DNA of 63,909 bases, counting the filler, from Folioceros fuciformis (Eukaryota), in NCBI GenBank assembly GCA_049999805.1. It is 5 parts of 3 records of this genome, joined end to end, with 100 filler letters (N's around TTAATTAATTAA, not from the genome) between each part and the next. Parts side by side here need not be neighbours in the genome. Positions count along the whole stretch, not along the records: positions 1 to 28,982 come from JBNGIO010006373.1; 4 more parts are not named here. The stretch is one strand, 5' to 3'. This document shows positions 1-14,948 of this stretch, piece after piece. A model generated the notes under the pieces. That model worked only from the letters and a program-made list of their open reading frames with translations, ran no database searches and was not told the DNA's origin. The position numbers were made by a program, and so were the translations under genes. How positions within the stretch are numbered: position 1 is the stretch's first letter; every line of letters begins with the position of its first letter.

Positions 1-8
1 GAGAGCTC

Positions 9-530
9 ATGTATATAGAAGGATGTGTGAATCGTGAAGAAGCGAAGATGTTGCTTGATCTAGCAGCAACACATAATTTCATTTCTCCTGGCAGAGCAAG
101 TAAGCTTGGTTTGACATGGGCTAGTATTTCAGAGCCATGTACAGTGAAACAAGCAAAAGGAAAGCTGCAGTTCTTAGGACAGCTAGAAAAAGTTCCTTTG
201 CAGATAGGCAATTGGACAGGACAAGCAAGCTTCACAGTTGTAGATATGGATGATCATGAAATCATCTTGGGCTTAGAATGGATGAAGGCCAATAAGGTAT
301 GTGTAGACGTGGACTCACGCACCATACAGATCGTAGGAGATGAAAAGCACAAAGTGAGTTGTGCAGTCCTTGAGCATCAGCTTGGGCACAAGATTGATGA
401 AGTCATCTCTAAGAAAGAGCTCAAGCGTTGTGTCAAAAATGGAGAGGAACTCTATTTGTTGGTGTTGCAAGGACTAGAAGATTACGATCGTACACAACAC
501 ACTTTTAGGCCACATTTATGCATCTCTTGA
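9..530 (+). mobile_element. Ty3/gypsy retrotransposon aspartic protease remnant
   Basis: LLDLAATHNFIS is a degenerate form of the retropepsin LxDSGATHNFI motif and is followed by ILGLEWM (ILGMDWL-like). The ORF stops without an RT in frame. Confidence 0.75.
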
Positions 531-2239
531 CAAAAACGTATGAAAATGCGGATAACAATCCAGGATTATTAGTGGCTACAGGGGAGGAAGGGTATAGCCT
601 CTGCAGCACAGGCACCCCTAACAAAAATCAACACATATTCTTCCACTGCCAGCCTTCCAGCGCTAAAGAATGAGTGTAAGGTGAGAGTCTGCCTACTGAC
701 GACATCCATTGTGAAGGGTACTATCCACACTTGAGTACTCCCCGTCATTTACTTCCACTATGCATGCTCATACGTGTCCCAAAATCCCCTTTGATTTCCT
801 TAAGTTCGTGACGACCCTCCATTGCCTTACCTACCCACCGCATAGGTTTATTATCCATGAAACACTTAACTGACATTAACTAATACCTAACACATATTAC
901 CCTATTAGACCTAGGGTTTTATTCTCCTACTTCCATGTAGGACTGACAAAACAACACTACAAAACACTCATAGAAATACACTCTTGATGGCCGTAGATCA
1001 ACCTACAAAAATTAGACCAACTACCTTAACCATTTTACTCATCATGAGACAAATAATAGACTAATCAAGTGAAGTTTGGTGAGACATTGACATTTCAGAC
1101 CTACCACATCCGTAGGTATCACTAGCTCGTAAGTTGACCACGAAGGAAAACAAAACAGGACTCGACAAACACAAAAGAGAAAAAAAGAAACAAACCAAGC
1201 TACTTGTTGGGCAAATCACTAAAGACACTAGAATAGGAGCCCGTCCCATATCCCAAAATTTCACATTCCACACTTTGCAACTAGCATGAAGTATACACAA
1301 AATGCAAGAACCTAGCCCTGAATGTACATACATGAAGCTAGTTTGCATGCATGAAAGTACAATAGGTGGAACCAATCTCAATGGTGAAACATCCAGTTAC
1401 CAGCTCTCATTTCAAACTAATGAATTTAATTTACGTTCCATCTCTATCACATGTTTGAAGTCTTCAACTGACAGGCCAAGCCCACACCACTGCTTCTAAG
1501 TAGCTTTCCAAATGGCCAGTTCTAGGTAGAGCAATGTCCAACATTGTTAATCCTCAAGGCTTGGAATACTTTAAGCTATGTGTGAAACACGCAATTGCAT
1601 CTACCGAACATACACATCGACTACCTGACAGAAAAAGCATTGCAAAATCTAACCTTTGACCGGGGGTTCTTATAGTGCTCTACACTTTGTAGAAAACGAG
1701 ATTGGTGACGTCTTGTGTGTGCGCCTCCAGACATTGATCAATGTCTAGAGCAACCCCAGCTTAAAGCTGAAAAGGATCAAAAGGAAAATGAGAGCTAGGT
1801 ATGGCAAGAAGAAGGTATGTTTAAACGGTGTACTCCAATTAAGCAATGACAAATTATGTTGCCTTACTAGTGTTTTCCTATAGGTGGCAACAAAGCCTGT
1901 TGAAAGCGAATCAAGTGGGGAGGCAAGTGAGGAGGAGCAAGGCCCCGAAGAGCCTGTAGTTAGTGCTGAACTTCAGAGGCGTTCGCAGAACCTTCTAAAC
2001 CCTCATGGCAGAATACGAAAAGAGTGAGATGTCGCATATCCGTCATGAGTGAGAAGGCGGCCAAGTACGCATCTCGTGAATGTGAATATGAATAAGGAGA
2101 AAAGCGAAAAGCGAAGCCCTTTAACGTATATCATATGGTGAGCGTGGTGGGAAAGGTAGGAGGAACACCGTCCATGAAAGTAGGAGGGACATGGGCCATG
2201 AATTTTGGAGACACGAGCAACACTAAATCTTTCTGTATA

Positions 2240-2905
2240 CATACAATGATGTTTATATGTTATACGTCCTTTCTCGTATCCAACATATGTAGACTATACC
2301 AGTGGTCTGTGATATTAATGTGGCATTGATAAAATATAATGACACGTAGAGACGTAGCCCAAAAAGGCCCGAGTTTTTATGGCATCTTGCGCCTAAACAA
2401 TATTAATAGCATACTGTCCTATGTTGTATGAAATGCATAGCCGCCCTTTCTTGTGTATGACATATGTAGACTTAATATACATCTATTATGTGGCATTAAT
2501 AAAATATAGTGACAAGGAGCCCAAGAGACCCGATCAATATTCATGACATCTTGGACCCAAATCGAATTAATGGCATGGTGTCCCAATAGCATTAATGGCA
2601 TGGTGTCCTACTGAAATGCTTCGCTCGTCCTTTCTGGTATACGGCATATGTAGACTTCGATCAGTAGTCATGGCATCTTGGGCCCAAACAGAATTAATGG
2701 CATGGTGTCCCCATAGCATTAATGGCATTATGTCGCCATAGCATTAATGGCATGGTGCTCTAGTGAAATGTGTAGCCCATTCTTTCTCGTGTATGGCATA
2801 TGTAGACTCAGCATATCACTATTTTGTGGCATTAATAAAATATAGTGACACAGAGCCCCATTAGTATTTATAGCATTGCCCAAACGATATTAAAGGCATG
2901 GTGTC
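2240..2905. repeat. Degenerate tandem repeat (~150-185 bp period) in AT-rich TE-like DNA
   Basis: CATATGTAGACT recurs at ~2284, 2461, 2646 and 2797. ATTAATGGCATGGTGT recurs several times in between. Confidence 0.7.
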
Positions 2906-4691
2906 TCATAATGTGTGAATGCGTAGCTCGAGGTGTAGCATAGCGGGCCCACAAGGGGCCTTAATGAAAACCATACCAAACACCTAAGCAAAGAAAATGT
3001 GACGACGGTTGATTGTCACGACATTAGAGTTACAATTTTTGTCACAATATCCTAGCTCAGTATGACCGAACCTAACTGTAACAATTGCCACAAATGTGTT
3101 ACAAATAACCTGGTTTTAGTTACACTATACCATAATATGGATGCCCAACATGTACTAGTGTGAGTCATCAACGGTCATGAGTGATGTTTAGGACCTGAAC
3201 ATGAAAACCCAAGCAAGAAGGGATTTGGGCCGCTGGTAGTGGTAAATGGAAATACTAATGAGCTTAGATGAGTTTGTGATGAGACCCCAAAGGAATACCA
3301 TGAATTGGCTCCTTGGATGCTCATCACAATGATTGCATTATTGAGCTTAGTTGAGTTTGTGATGAGACCCCAAAGGAATACCATGAATTGGCTACTCGGA
3401 TGCTCAACACAATGAGTGCATTGCAAGCAACGCTGTACCCTTAGGAGATCCTTCAATGATACATTCTTCTATTTCCAATATCATGAGCTAGCCTTCCATG
3501 TTCTCGGGGAACAACTTTTTGTGCCTTGCTCATATGAGACATAACTTTAAACACATGCAATTGATGATGAAAGACACAGGTCACACCAAGTGCCACTTAT
3601 CAGAGTGATGCTAGATTGAAAATGAGAACTTGCATTCTAAACACGTTTCAACTTCTTGTAGGCAAAGATCGGGTTGTGAAGACAATACCAAAAGATGGAT
3701 CATAGACCGATTTGCGATAGCTCAGGTAGCTACTTGCCTTATCCACCCATAAGCATAAGTTGCAAACTTGATACCCTTAGAAGCCCCTGTCAAACTTGTA
3801 TGCACCTCGAATCAAACTAATACGTCACACAGTACTTACACACATGAAAAAGACCTCAAGGCTAAGAAATAGCAAAAAATTGCTTACAATGTTTTTACAA
3901 GGGTAAGACCAAAATGTGTGTATCAATTTCATGAACTACTAGATCTTGGAAAGTTGTGCCATGACCTTGATACTTCTTTGCTATCAAAACCACCAATCGT
4001 AAATTTGAGCTAACTTTTTCATCCTTGCAAGCTTGACCTCAATTGAGTTTGTTCTTAAAGGGCCTTATTGACATTCCAAATGCTCTACTACTTTTGGTTC
4101 TCGATCGATTTGTTCCTATGATTGTCGATTCACTCCTTTCAATTTCATCAGGTGTTGCACATGGTAAAACACAAAGGATTAGAGGAGCTTAAATGGGTTA
4201 TTCTTATATCTAGCCTTATTGGAACCACTTTAATGGTATACATTATTATTGACTCTTATGGCACATGCCCACGAGAATACACATAGCATATATGGTTCAA
4301 ATTAGAAACATTCACTTTCACATTTTACATTTCTAAGGATATATTATAAGGATATACATCTATATCAATATAGGAGATGACCCTAAACCCTAGACCTATA
4401 TATATATTGAAATGTAGATAACACAAAGGTGCTTGAAGTGTTAACGAGTCTAGATGCTAAAAAGCTCTTTAAGATTCTTTGAATCACTACAATTATAATA
4501 CCTAATGTGTGAACTTTGAGTTTACCAAATCTTCTAAGAGTTGATTATCTTTAAGATAATAATTTATTATTTTATACCTATATAAACCTCTAGAAGGAGT
4601 TACAAGCTCATTTGGTGTGTATGTACGTTGGAGCTCCCATTCCATAAGGAAGTGCGCTTTGAGAGCTTGTTGTGCCGAAGCTACAAGGTAA

Positions 4692-4941
4692 GTGGTTTTC
4701 TTTGGTGGGAATGAATTAATGGTGTTTAGGACTATGGTTTTCTTTGGCGGGAATGAATTTGTGATGTTTAGGACTATGATTTTCTTTGGCGCTAATGAAT
4801 TGGTGGTGTTTACGAATATGGTTTTCTTTGGTGCGAATGAATTGGTGGCGTTTAGGACTATGGTTTTCTTTGCGGGGAATGAATTAGTACTGTTTTAGAC
4901 TATGTTTTTCTTTTGGGGGATGAATTGGTGACATTTAGTCC
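4692..4941 (+). repeat. 42-bp tandem repeat, ~6 copies
   Basis: Unit ATGGTTTTCTTTGGTGGGAATGAATTRGTGGTGTTTAGGACT repeated head-to-tail just upstream of the RING gene. Confidence 0.9.
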
Positions 4942-5017
4942 TAATTTGCATTTTTTGTTTGATGCTAAAGAATTATTGTTATTCAGCAAAAGCATTATCA
5001 TAAAATCTTCACCAACA

Positions 5018-5602
5018 ATGGATGCAAAGGGTGACCATGATAATTGCCAAAGAAAAGAAGATGATGTTGAGGATTGCAGCATTTGTTTATTACATATGAA
5101 AAATGTTTATCTTATACAAATGATGCCGTGCAAACATAAATTTCACAGGGTTTGTATTAATGAGTGGATAAGGTGTGGTAAAGATTCATGCCCTATATGT
5201 AGGAGATCGTTACATGAAGGATATATGGAATCAAGACCTACCTCATATGATCTTGAAATTTCAAATGATGGTCTAGGTTTGGCAAATTATCAACTCTTCA
5301 ATGAGAATCTTGAAAATTTAAGGCATCTTCTAAGCTCCGCATTGGAGGAACTCTTGGTACATGATGCTGAAGATTTGGATGATCGTATAGGTTCAATATT
5401 AAGTGAGTTCTTTTTGGAATTAAGATCTAGCTTCGAGCAACAAGGTTTGGTAGTAGACCAACCCTATCTAAATGATTTAGAGGATCGTCTAAATTTGGTG
5501 TTAGATGAACTTTTTCTTGAAGATCCCGAAAATTTAAATGATCGTCTAAGTTTAGCATTGAATGAGGTATTCCTAGAAATAAGGTCTAGGTTATTGCAAT
5601 GA
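5018..5602 (+). CDS. Intronless AT-rich RING-H2 (C3H2C3) E3 ligase-like protein with acidic helical C-terminal repeats
   Basis: CSICL-x-PCKHKFHRVCINEW-x-CPICR is a complete RING-H2 pattern. First ATG is at 5018. The C-terminus has a 53-aa internal duplication. Confidence 0.7.
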   Translation: MDAKGDHDNCQRKEDDVEDCSICLLHMKNVYLIQMMPCKHKFHRVCINEWIRCGKDSCPICRRSLHEGYMESRPTSYDLEISNDGLGLANYQLFNENLENLRHLLSSALEELLVHDAEDLDDRIGSILSEFFLELRSSFEQQGLVVDQPYLNDLEDRLNLVLDELFLEDPENLNDRLSLALNEVFLEIRSRLLQ

Positions 5603-7480
5603 GGTTATTCATGACATTTGTTTGTTTGTTTGTTTTTTTTTTCCATCATTGGATAATGGATACAAACATGATACCTATAAGTATATTGTATGATATATTC
5701 TTATTTTTTGGGGTTTGAAATAAGATATTTTTTATTAGATGTACTCTATTGTTATAATACATTAAATTATAGAAATATTGATTAATTTTATTTTAAAATT
5801 TGAATATTCATATGATAAACAAAATAAGTGTCTTGTACGGAATACCGACATGGTAAAACCATATCCGGTCCACATTTGTGGACATCACAAAGTGAAATAT
5901 GTCACTGTATTGTTTGTTAGGGTTTAGGGCTGAACATGATGGATATGCCAAGTACGAAGTATATAGGATTCCTAGCAAACCTTGCCGTAATCAATCCCTA
6001 ACAAGAGCGCACGGGGACGGCCCCTAAGTGCTCTCTCTTCTCTATCTTCATACCCTCGGCCGTCCCTTGGTGCTATTTAGTTCATTTGCCACAGCACATG
6101 CCGCTTTTGATTTCATCTACAAAGCTTTTAAGAGGATGTCCTTTCTGGGTGTTACACGTTTCTTCATCACAACACTGGGCTACATGGCACACGCAGTTCT
6201 TAATGGAATGCGATTTGACGCTTGCATCCCCTAGCTTTTGGACATGTTCAAGGGGACTTTCTAAGACATGACATTTGGTGATACGGTTCGCTTATACACC
6301 TTCGTAACTGATTGTGTATATTTTTCAGAGTTAGTGACAATAGTTGTAATACAAGTGCCGCTACATGCTCCTAAGTAGGTGCTAGAAGCCAAGGCGTGCG
6401 TAGGACCCCTAGTCCTCCCACTCTTCCAGTCAAAGCAAGTGATGGTTGTGTGTTTGAGTGAAACCATATGGATGAATGTCATGTATGGTGACTTGTGAAC
6501 TCATGTATTGTCTCTAGCACCATTCTTGGCAAGATGCAATGAAAGGTTTGTGAACCCTACAATTGTGGGTGGAGGTCCATGCTTGGAATTTATCACCAAT
6601 ACATGGTGCTCTGTAGTCATGGAGAGAGAGAAACCTTGGTCCCTGGTCGTTAGTGGGTCCTAGCACAAACCAAGCATGGAGCAGATGTCGGGGGTTGGAA
6701 GTGGGCGTGAAGGGAGATTTCCTAAACCTAGGAACTACAACCGTTGATGCATGGAGGTTGTGTTGCACACCTAGTAGAGTGCTAGTGCAAGCACATTTAA
6801 ACATACATACATGGTGCATGCCCGTGGGATGGGTGAACTCTAAACATCACAATGTGTTAAAAGGTTGTGTTGCATTAGTCCGCAATAGCCATATAATAAG
6901 ATTGAAAAAGTCTTTGTATTCCATAGTGTTGAATGTCATATGATGATATGAAAATTGTTTATTTGTTCAATTGCAAGTTAACACATGTTATACTCGTCAA
7001 ATAAAAAAGCGGTGCCTAGCTAAGAAGCCAAGTTTTGTGGATGTGGTATATATAATTTGCGTGTCGTGTTCGCCTTTTCATGGCCTCCACGCGTGCCACA
7101 CGTGGCGCGAGCATGTCCGTTTGTACTAGAAGTTTTTTTGTGGCACATATTGTTTTCCTTTTCGTAGCATTAAATGAAGAAGTTTGGACGAGTGTGGGAA
7201 ACCTTGAAGGGGGAGTCTGTCTCTCGGGAATGGAAACCTTTCCACACTGGGAACTGGTATGGGGCGGACGTTGTACCTGCTTCCGCGTCAGAGCGATGGA
7301 TTGGTTGCTGCGGGACGGCAAGACCTCCAGTCTGCCATGACGGGCGACATCACGTCACCGCCAAGTCGAAAGCCGGCTGCAAGCGTAAGCTTTCTGTGGA
7401 CGCAAATCTCGGAATCGACGAAGGTGGCCAGGATTGCAGATTTTTCTAAAATTTGGATTGGCCGCTGTGCGAGCCAAGGG

Positions 7481-7572
7481 CCTGGAGATCAGGCTGCACT
7501 GTTGCTGACCTGCAGATCAGGCTTCACTGATGCTGGCCTGGAGATCAGGCTGCACTGATGCTGGCCTGGATC
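7481..7572. repeat. 28-bp tandem repeat, ~3.3 copies
   Basis: CCTGGAGATCAGGCTGCACTGATGCTGG unit repeated. Confidence 0.85.
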
Positions 7573-8722
7573 TGTCGTGCCTTTCCAACGCCATCTGGTA
7601 GTCGGCATTGGCTCTCAAGGCCGGTTGGCGACGGATTGTACGACATTTTGGCTTGCGAACGGCTTTCTGCATCCTTGGTTGCCCGACTCTCTGACAGTCT
7701 CTCTCCTTGTGAGCACCGCTGTCTGGCCTGCCCCGGCGGAAGGGGTTAACCGTTTCCGTTGGTTGCGTCGCGGGCAACGGGATTTCGCACTTTCACACCG
7801 TGCGGCAACGGGAAAATTTCATCCGGATTTTGCCTTCGCAAGTAGGGTCGTCGCAGCTTACGGTGATCGGGGCTCACGCCCACGTCCTGGGTGTTTGATT
7901 GGCTGGTGAGGCATTGGGTGCATCGCTTCACTCTGCTTTGCTCCGCTAGTATCGCAAACAACCACATGACTGCTGCAGCTCTGTGAGTCTCTTTTGTCAG
8001 AATTGTGCGTGCGAGGTTGAAGCAAGGATGATAGTAACGGCAACCTGAAGGCTGATGGACAGCTATGGTGGGGTGACGAGAGAGTGTGGACGAGGGCCGT
8101 TGCCTGTTGCTTTCCCTGCTGAACTGTGGTACTGCAGCAGGCCCTGTCGTTTAATGTGTGTCACTGTCTGACCACCTGTAGCACTGACGTACCTTCCCTC
8201 TGCCTGGGTCCTCCAGCCTGCACCGCAAATCAAGTAGCACTTCCGGCCTACCCCGGTGCACCACCAGTCCTTCTTATACAGCCTGTCCGACTTGATCTGT
8301 GGGTGGGGGTTGTCCTGGAGCCTGCTGGAGCTGGGGCTGGCCCTGTCCCTGGCCTGTGGCTCTGTCGGCTTCAAACTGCACCTCCCGCTTTTCCTCCAAC
8401 TTATCTGCCTCCCATGTTCTGGGAGGTTGTCTCGATTCAGGACCCTGGAGAAGCTGGTGTTCTGTAATCACGCCACCTCGAGCCCGCTCGCCTTCTGGAT
8501 GGACTGCCTTGTGCGCCTCCTCCACGCTTGAATGGGATGCTGATCCCGGATCAGAGTCGTTGCGTAGGTGGCCGGATGTCGGATTGACATTGGCTTGAGG
8601 ACGGTGGGTGGGCGTTGGACAACCGCTGCCCAACCAGCAGTTGGAAGCTGGGACTACCGTGGCAGTGAGAAGGCCAGCGGAAGACTACAGTACAGGGCTT
8701 CGTGGCATTGAGCACCGTTCAG

Positions 8723-12010
<3,288 letters not shown>

Positions 12011-12528
12011 ACGTAAGGTAGACATCAACCCAATGGATTTAGATGTGCTAACCTCTCCTCTCGTGCCCAGCAGATAGATCGTGTCTCGATAACCAGCAGA
12101 AAAAAACTAGTTTGTGCTCTCCTCCTGGTGGAACCTGTTGCATCCTGGGTACTCTAGGAACGTTCTTCCGTCCTGGTGCCTGATGTTGAATACCGGGTTC
12201 TCCGTACACCATTCTTTCAGCACATATGCTACCGGCTATGCCAATGACATGCAGTGATGGTGGGATAGCAATTCCCGACTCTCGAGCTAGAAAGGACCTA
12301 CCTCCCTGCAAACTGTACATGTTCAAGTCATATTGTAAGCATAGTCGTGGGGGATTCGCTTTTATATTGCTCAAAGTTCCACTCCCCCTTTCCTTTCCGT
12401 CCGTCTGCCTCCAGCCAGTTAGTGTGATTTCTGTACTGTCCTAGGCAACCTGGACATCGCCGCATTGCTCTGGCCATCTCACACTCGAGTATGGAAATAT
12501 ATAAAAATACCCTTCCTCAGTGCGGTCT

Positions 12529-12591
12529 GCTGGAGTAGCTCAGTTGGTCAGAGCGTGTAGCCTTTCGGAGATTATAGCCCTCCCTCCGGCG
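12529..12591 (+). pseudogene. tRNA-Asn-derived sequence lacking most of the anticodon arm (pseudo-tRNA or SINE head)
   Basis: 5' GCTGGAGTAGCTCAGTTGGTCAGAGCGTGT resembles plant cytosolic tRNA-Asn. Acceptor stem GCTGGAG/CTCCGGC+G is pairable. T arm GGAGA-TTATAGC-CCTCC is degenerate. Anticodon loop is missing. Confidence 0.65.
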
Positions 12592-12640
12592 TCTAATTCA
12601 GGATGAGGATCGACGCAAGACATAGCGTTGAACGTTCAGG

Positions 12641-12742
12641 ATAAGTTGTTGTACTTGCTCCTTTTTGTTTACTTATAAGTTGCTGTACTTGCTCCTTTTT
12701 GTTTACTTATAAGTTGCTGTACTTGCTCCCTTTTGCTTTCTT
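12641..12742 (+). repeat. 34-bp tandem repeat x3 containing T-runs
   Basis: ATAAGTTGYTGTACTTGCTCCTTTTTGTTTACTT at 12641, 12675 and 12709. Confidence 0.9.
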
Positions 12743-13993
12743 ATCACGACGTGTGCTTAGTTTGGAGCTTTGTGATGCCTCATCAAAGCTAACAAATAAA
12801 GATAGGTAATAAAGATGAGGAAGGAAGTCTTGGCTTAAGGCTTGGTCTTGGCCTTGGAAAGCATAGATCATGCACTCCAAGCATACACATTATCGTCCCT
12901 CACAATATGTAGTTCCCACATAATCCACATAGATGTCAAACCTTTGAGTTAGGCTTAGGTGCTAGGGGTTTGGCAATGCATCCTTAGTTGACCAAACATG
13001 ACTATAATTCACACAAGATCTACATGCAACTCCTTACCTTGAAAAACAACTAATGCATACCTAGCAAAGGCATCTTTGTATTCACATTTTGTGCATATTG
13101 TGTGCCACCTTCATTGAACTCCTCACCATCAAGGTCATTAGTTGCATATGTGAATGACATATGCCTTGTAGTTGGGCCCGTCCTTAGAGAGGTATTGGAA
13201 GAACATGTTGTGACAATGAAGGTGATATAGAGCTATAGATGTGTTAACAAGGTTTATGATATTTAAAATTTATTCCATTGAAGTCATACCTCCTCACTAA
13301 ATCCATCATGTGGTCCTAATCTTTGTTTGCGTGCATTGGACAAACCATGGCTGCACATCACCTCCATCTTCATCCTTGTGCTCATTTACACCACTCTTGA
13401 TGTGGATTGTGATAGGGAATTCGCTTGTTAAAGACCCCTCTTGATCTAGGTTGTGTAGGTGCTATGCTTGTTAAGACCACTCTTATGCAAAGTTGGGAGC
13501 ACAAAGTTATTCCCACCATACCAACGCTGCCAAGCTAATGTTTGCAAGCTGGAGAAATTCGAAATGTGGACATGAACATCGCAATTAAGTTCCTAGGCTT
13601 AAAGGGATATTGCCACAACCAGCGTTAACGATGGGAAGAGAACGATACGTGAGAAAGTCTTTGTGTTTGATTAGCATGCGGAACGGACAAAGGAGCTTCT
13701 TAGAGTTTTGCCTTGGACCGGGTCCAAGTTAAGAGGAGGGTCCGATTTGGGATTTTGATTTTCGAGGCTAATGGGTCATGGGATGCACCGCAGCAGACAC
13801 TTTGGTGGCGTTGATGAAAGAACATGGGGAGCCCCTCTGTCCTCATTGCTATTCCATACTTAAGGCGCCTCCCCGCATGGTTAAAAAGTGTGAAGGCGTG
13901 TAACAGTCGTTTTGCCCCTAACGACTAATTACACTGGCATATTTAGGCACACTGTTACGTGAGAAACTGGAGGAGTTTGAGCAAGGTGTGGCT

Positions 13994-14787
13994 ATGGCAG
14001 AAAGGAGGTCTCGTCTGCTGCTGCTGCCGCTCTGCGTCTGGTGCGCGTGCTCGCTATGGCAGGGGCAGGCTGCGACGGTGTCGGCCGAGGCCGAGGGTGA
14101 GCTTGGGTCGGTGCGCGTGGTGTTCCAGACCAAGTACGGGGACATCGAATTCGGCTTCTTCCCTAAAGTGGCGCCCAAGACTGCCGCTCACATCCAGAAG
14201 CTGGTGACTCTGGGTAGCTACAACACGAACCATTTCTTCCGCATCGACCGCGGGTTCGTGGCGCAGGTGGCGGACGTGGTGTGGGGTAGGGAAGCGCCTC
14301 TCAACAAGGAACAGCGCATCGAAGGGGAGAAGAGCTTGCCAGGAGAATTCTCCCATGTAACTCCACACAAAATGTTGCTGCCCGCATTGGTTCACGTTGG
14401 AATTTGTCTGACTGTATCCGTCGTCGTGGTTTGCAGGTGAAGCATGTGAGAGGCATCTTGTCCATGGGAAGGCACAGTGACCCAGACAGCGCGCAGTCCT
14501 CTTTCTCCATCCTGTTGGGAGACGCTCCGCATCTGGATGGCCAGTACGCGGTGTTCGGGAGGGTGACGAGCGGGGACGACACGCTGGCCAAGCTGGAGAC
14601 TCTGGAGACTCGGCAGGAAGGCATGTTTGTGATGCCTAAGGAGCGGGTCTCCATTCTCTCCAGCTATTGGTATGACCTCAACGACATGAGCCCCGGCAGC
14701 TGCCAGGAGCAGCTGTCCGCTCTGAAGCGGAGACTCATGTTGTCCCAATCCATCATCCAAGAGCAACGCAGCAAGTGCTTGCCCTGA
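13994..14787 (+). CDS. CYP23: Cyclophilin-type peptidyl-prolyl isomerase, CYP23-like, with N-terminal signal peptide; 2 exons (13994-14356, 14437-14787)
   Basis: VVFQTKYGDIEFGFFPKVAPKT, FFRIDRGFVAQV, HVRGILSMGR, SSFSILLGDAPHLDGQYAVFGRV. One GT-AG intron. Confidence 0.9.
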
Positions 14788-14948
14788 TGAGCTTTGCTTG
14801 TCTCTATTCTTGTTCAAACAGCACCGACCATATGATCAGGTGGATCTGTGTCCGTCACAAAAGTTGGATATATTACAACACTTAACAGTACAGCGCAGTT
14901 GCTAGTGACTGCAGTAGCGAATGTAAGGAACGATGCACCAGAGTCTAT

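Noticed and set aside
4692-4898. 68-aa repetitive ORF (MVFFGGNEL)n
   Set aside because: By-product of a 42-bp in-frame repeat, with no evidence of coding function.
4692-4941. CRISPR-like appearance of regular repeats (also 47929-48188, 53569-53804)
   Set aside because: Head-to-tail units without unique spacers, no cas genes, eukaryotic context.
7016-8700. Many overlapping short ORFs upstream of the subtilase
   Set aside because: GC-rich sequence with no coherent domain. At most faint LRR-like words that I cannot support.
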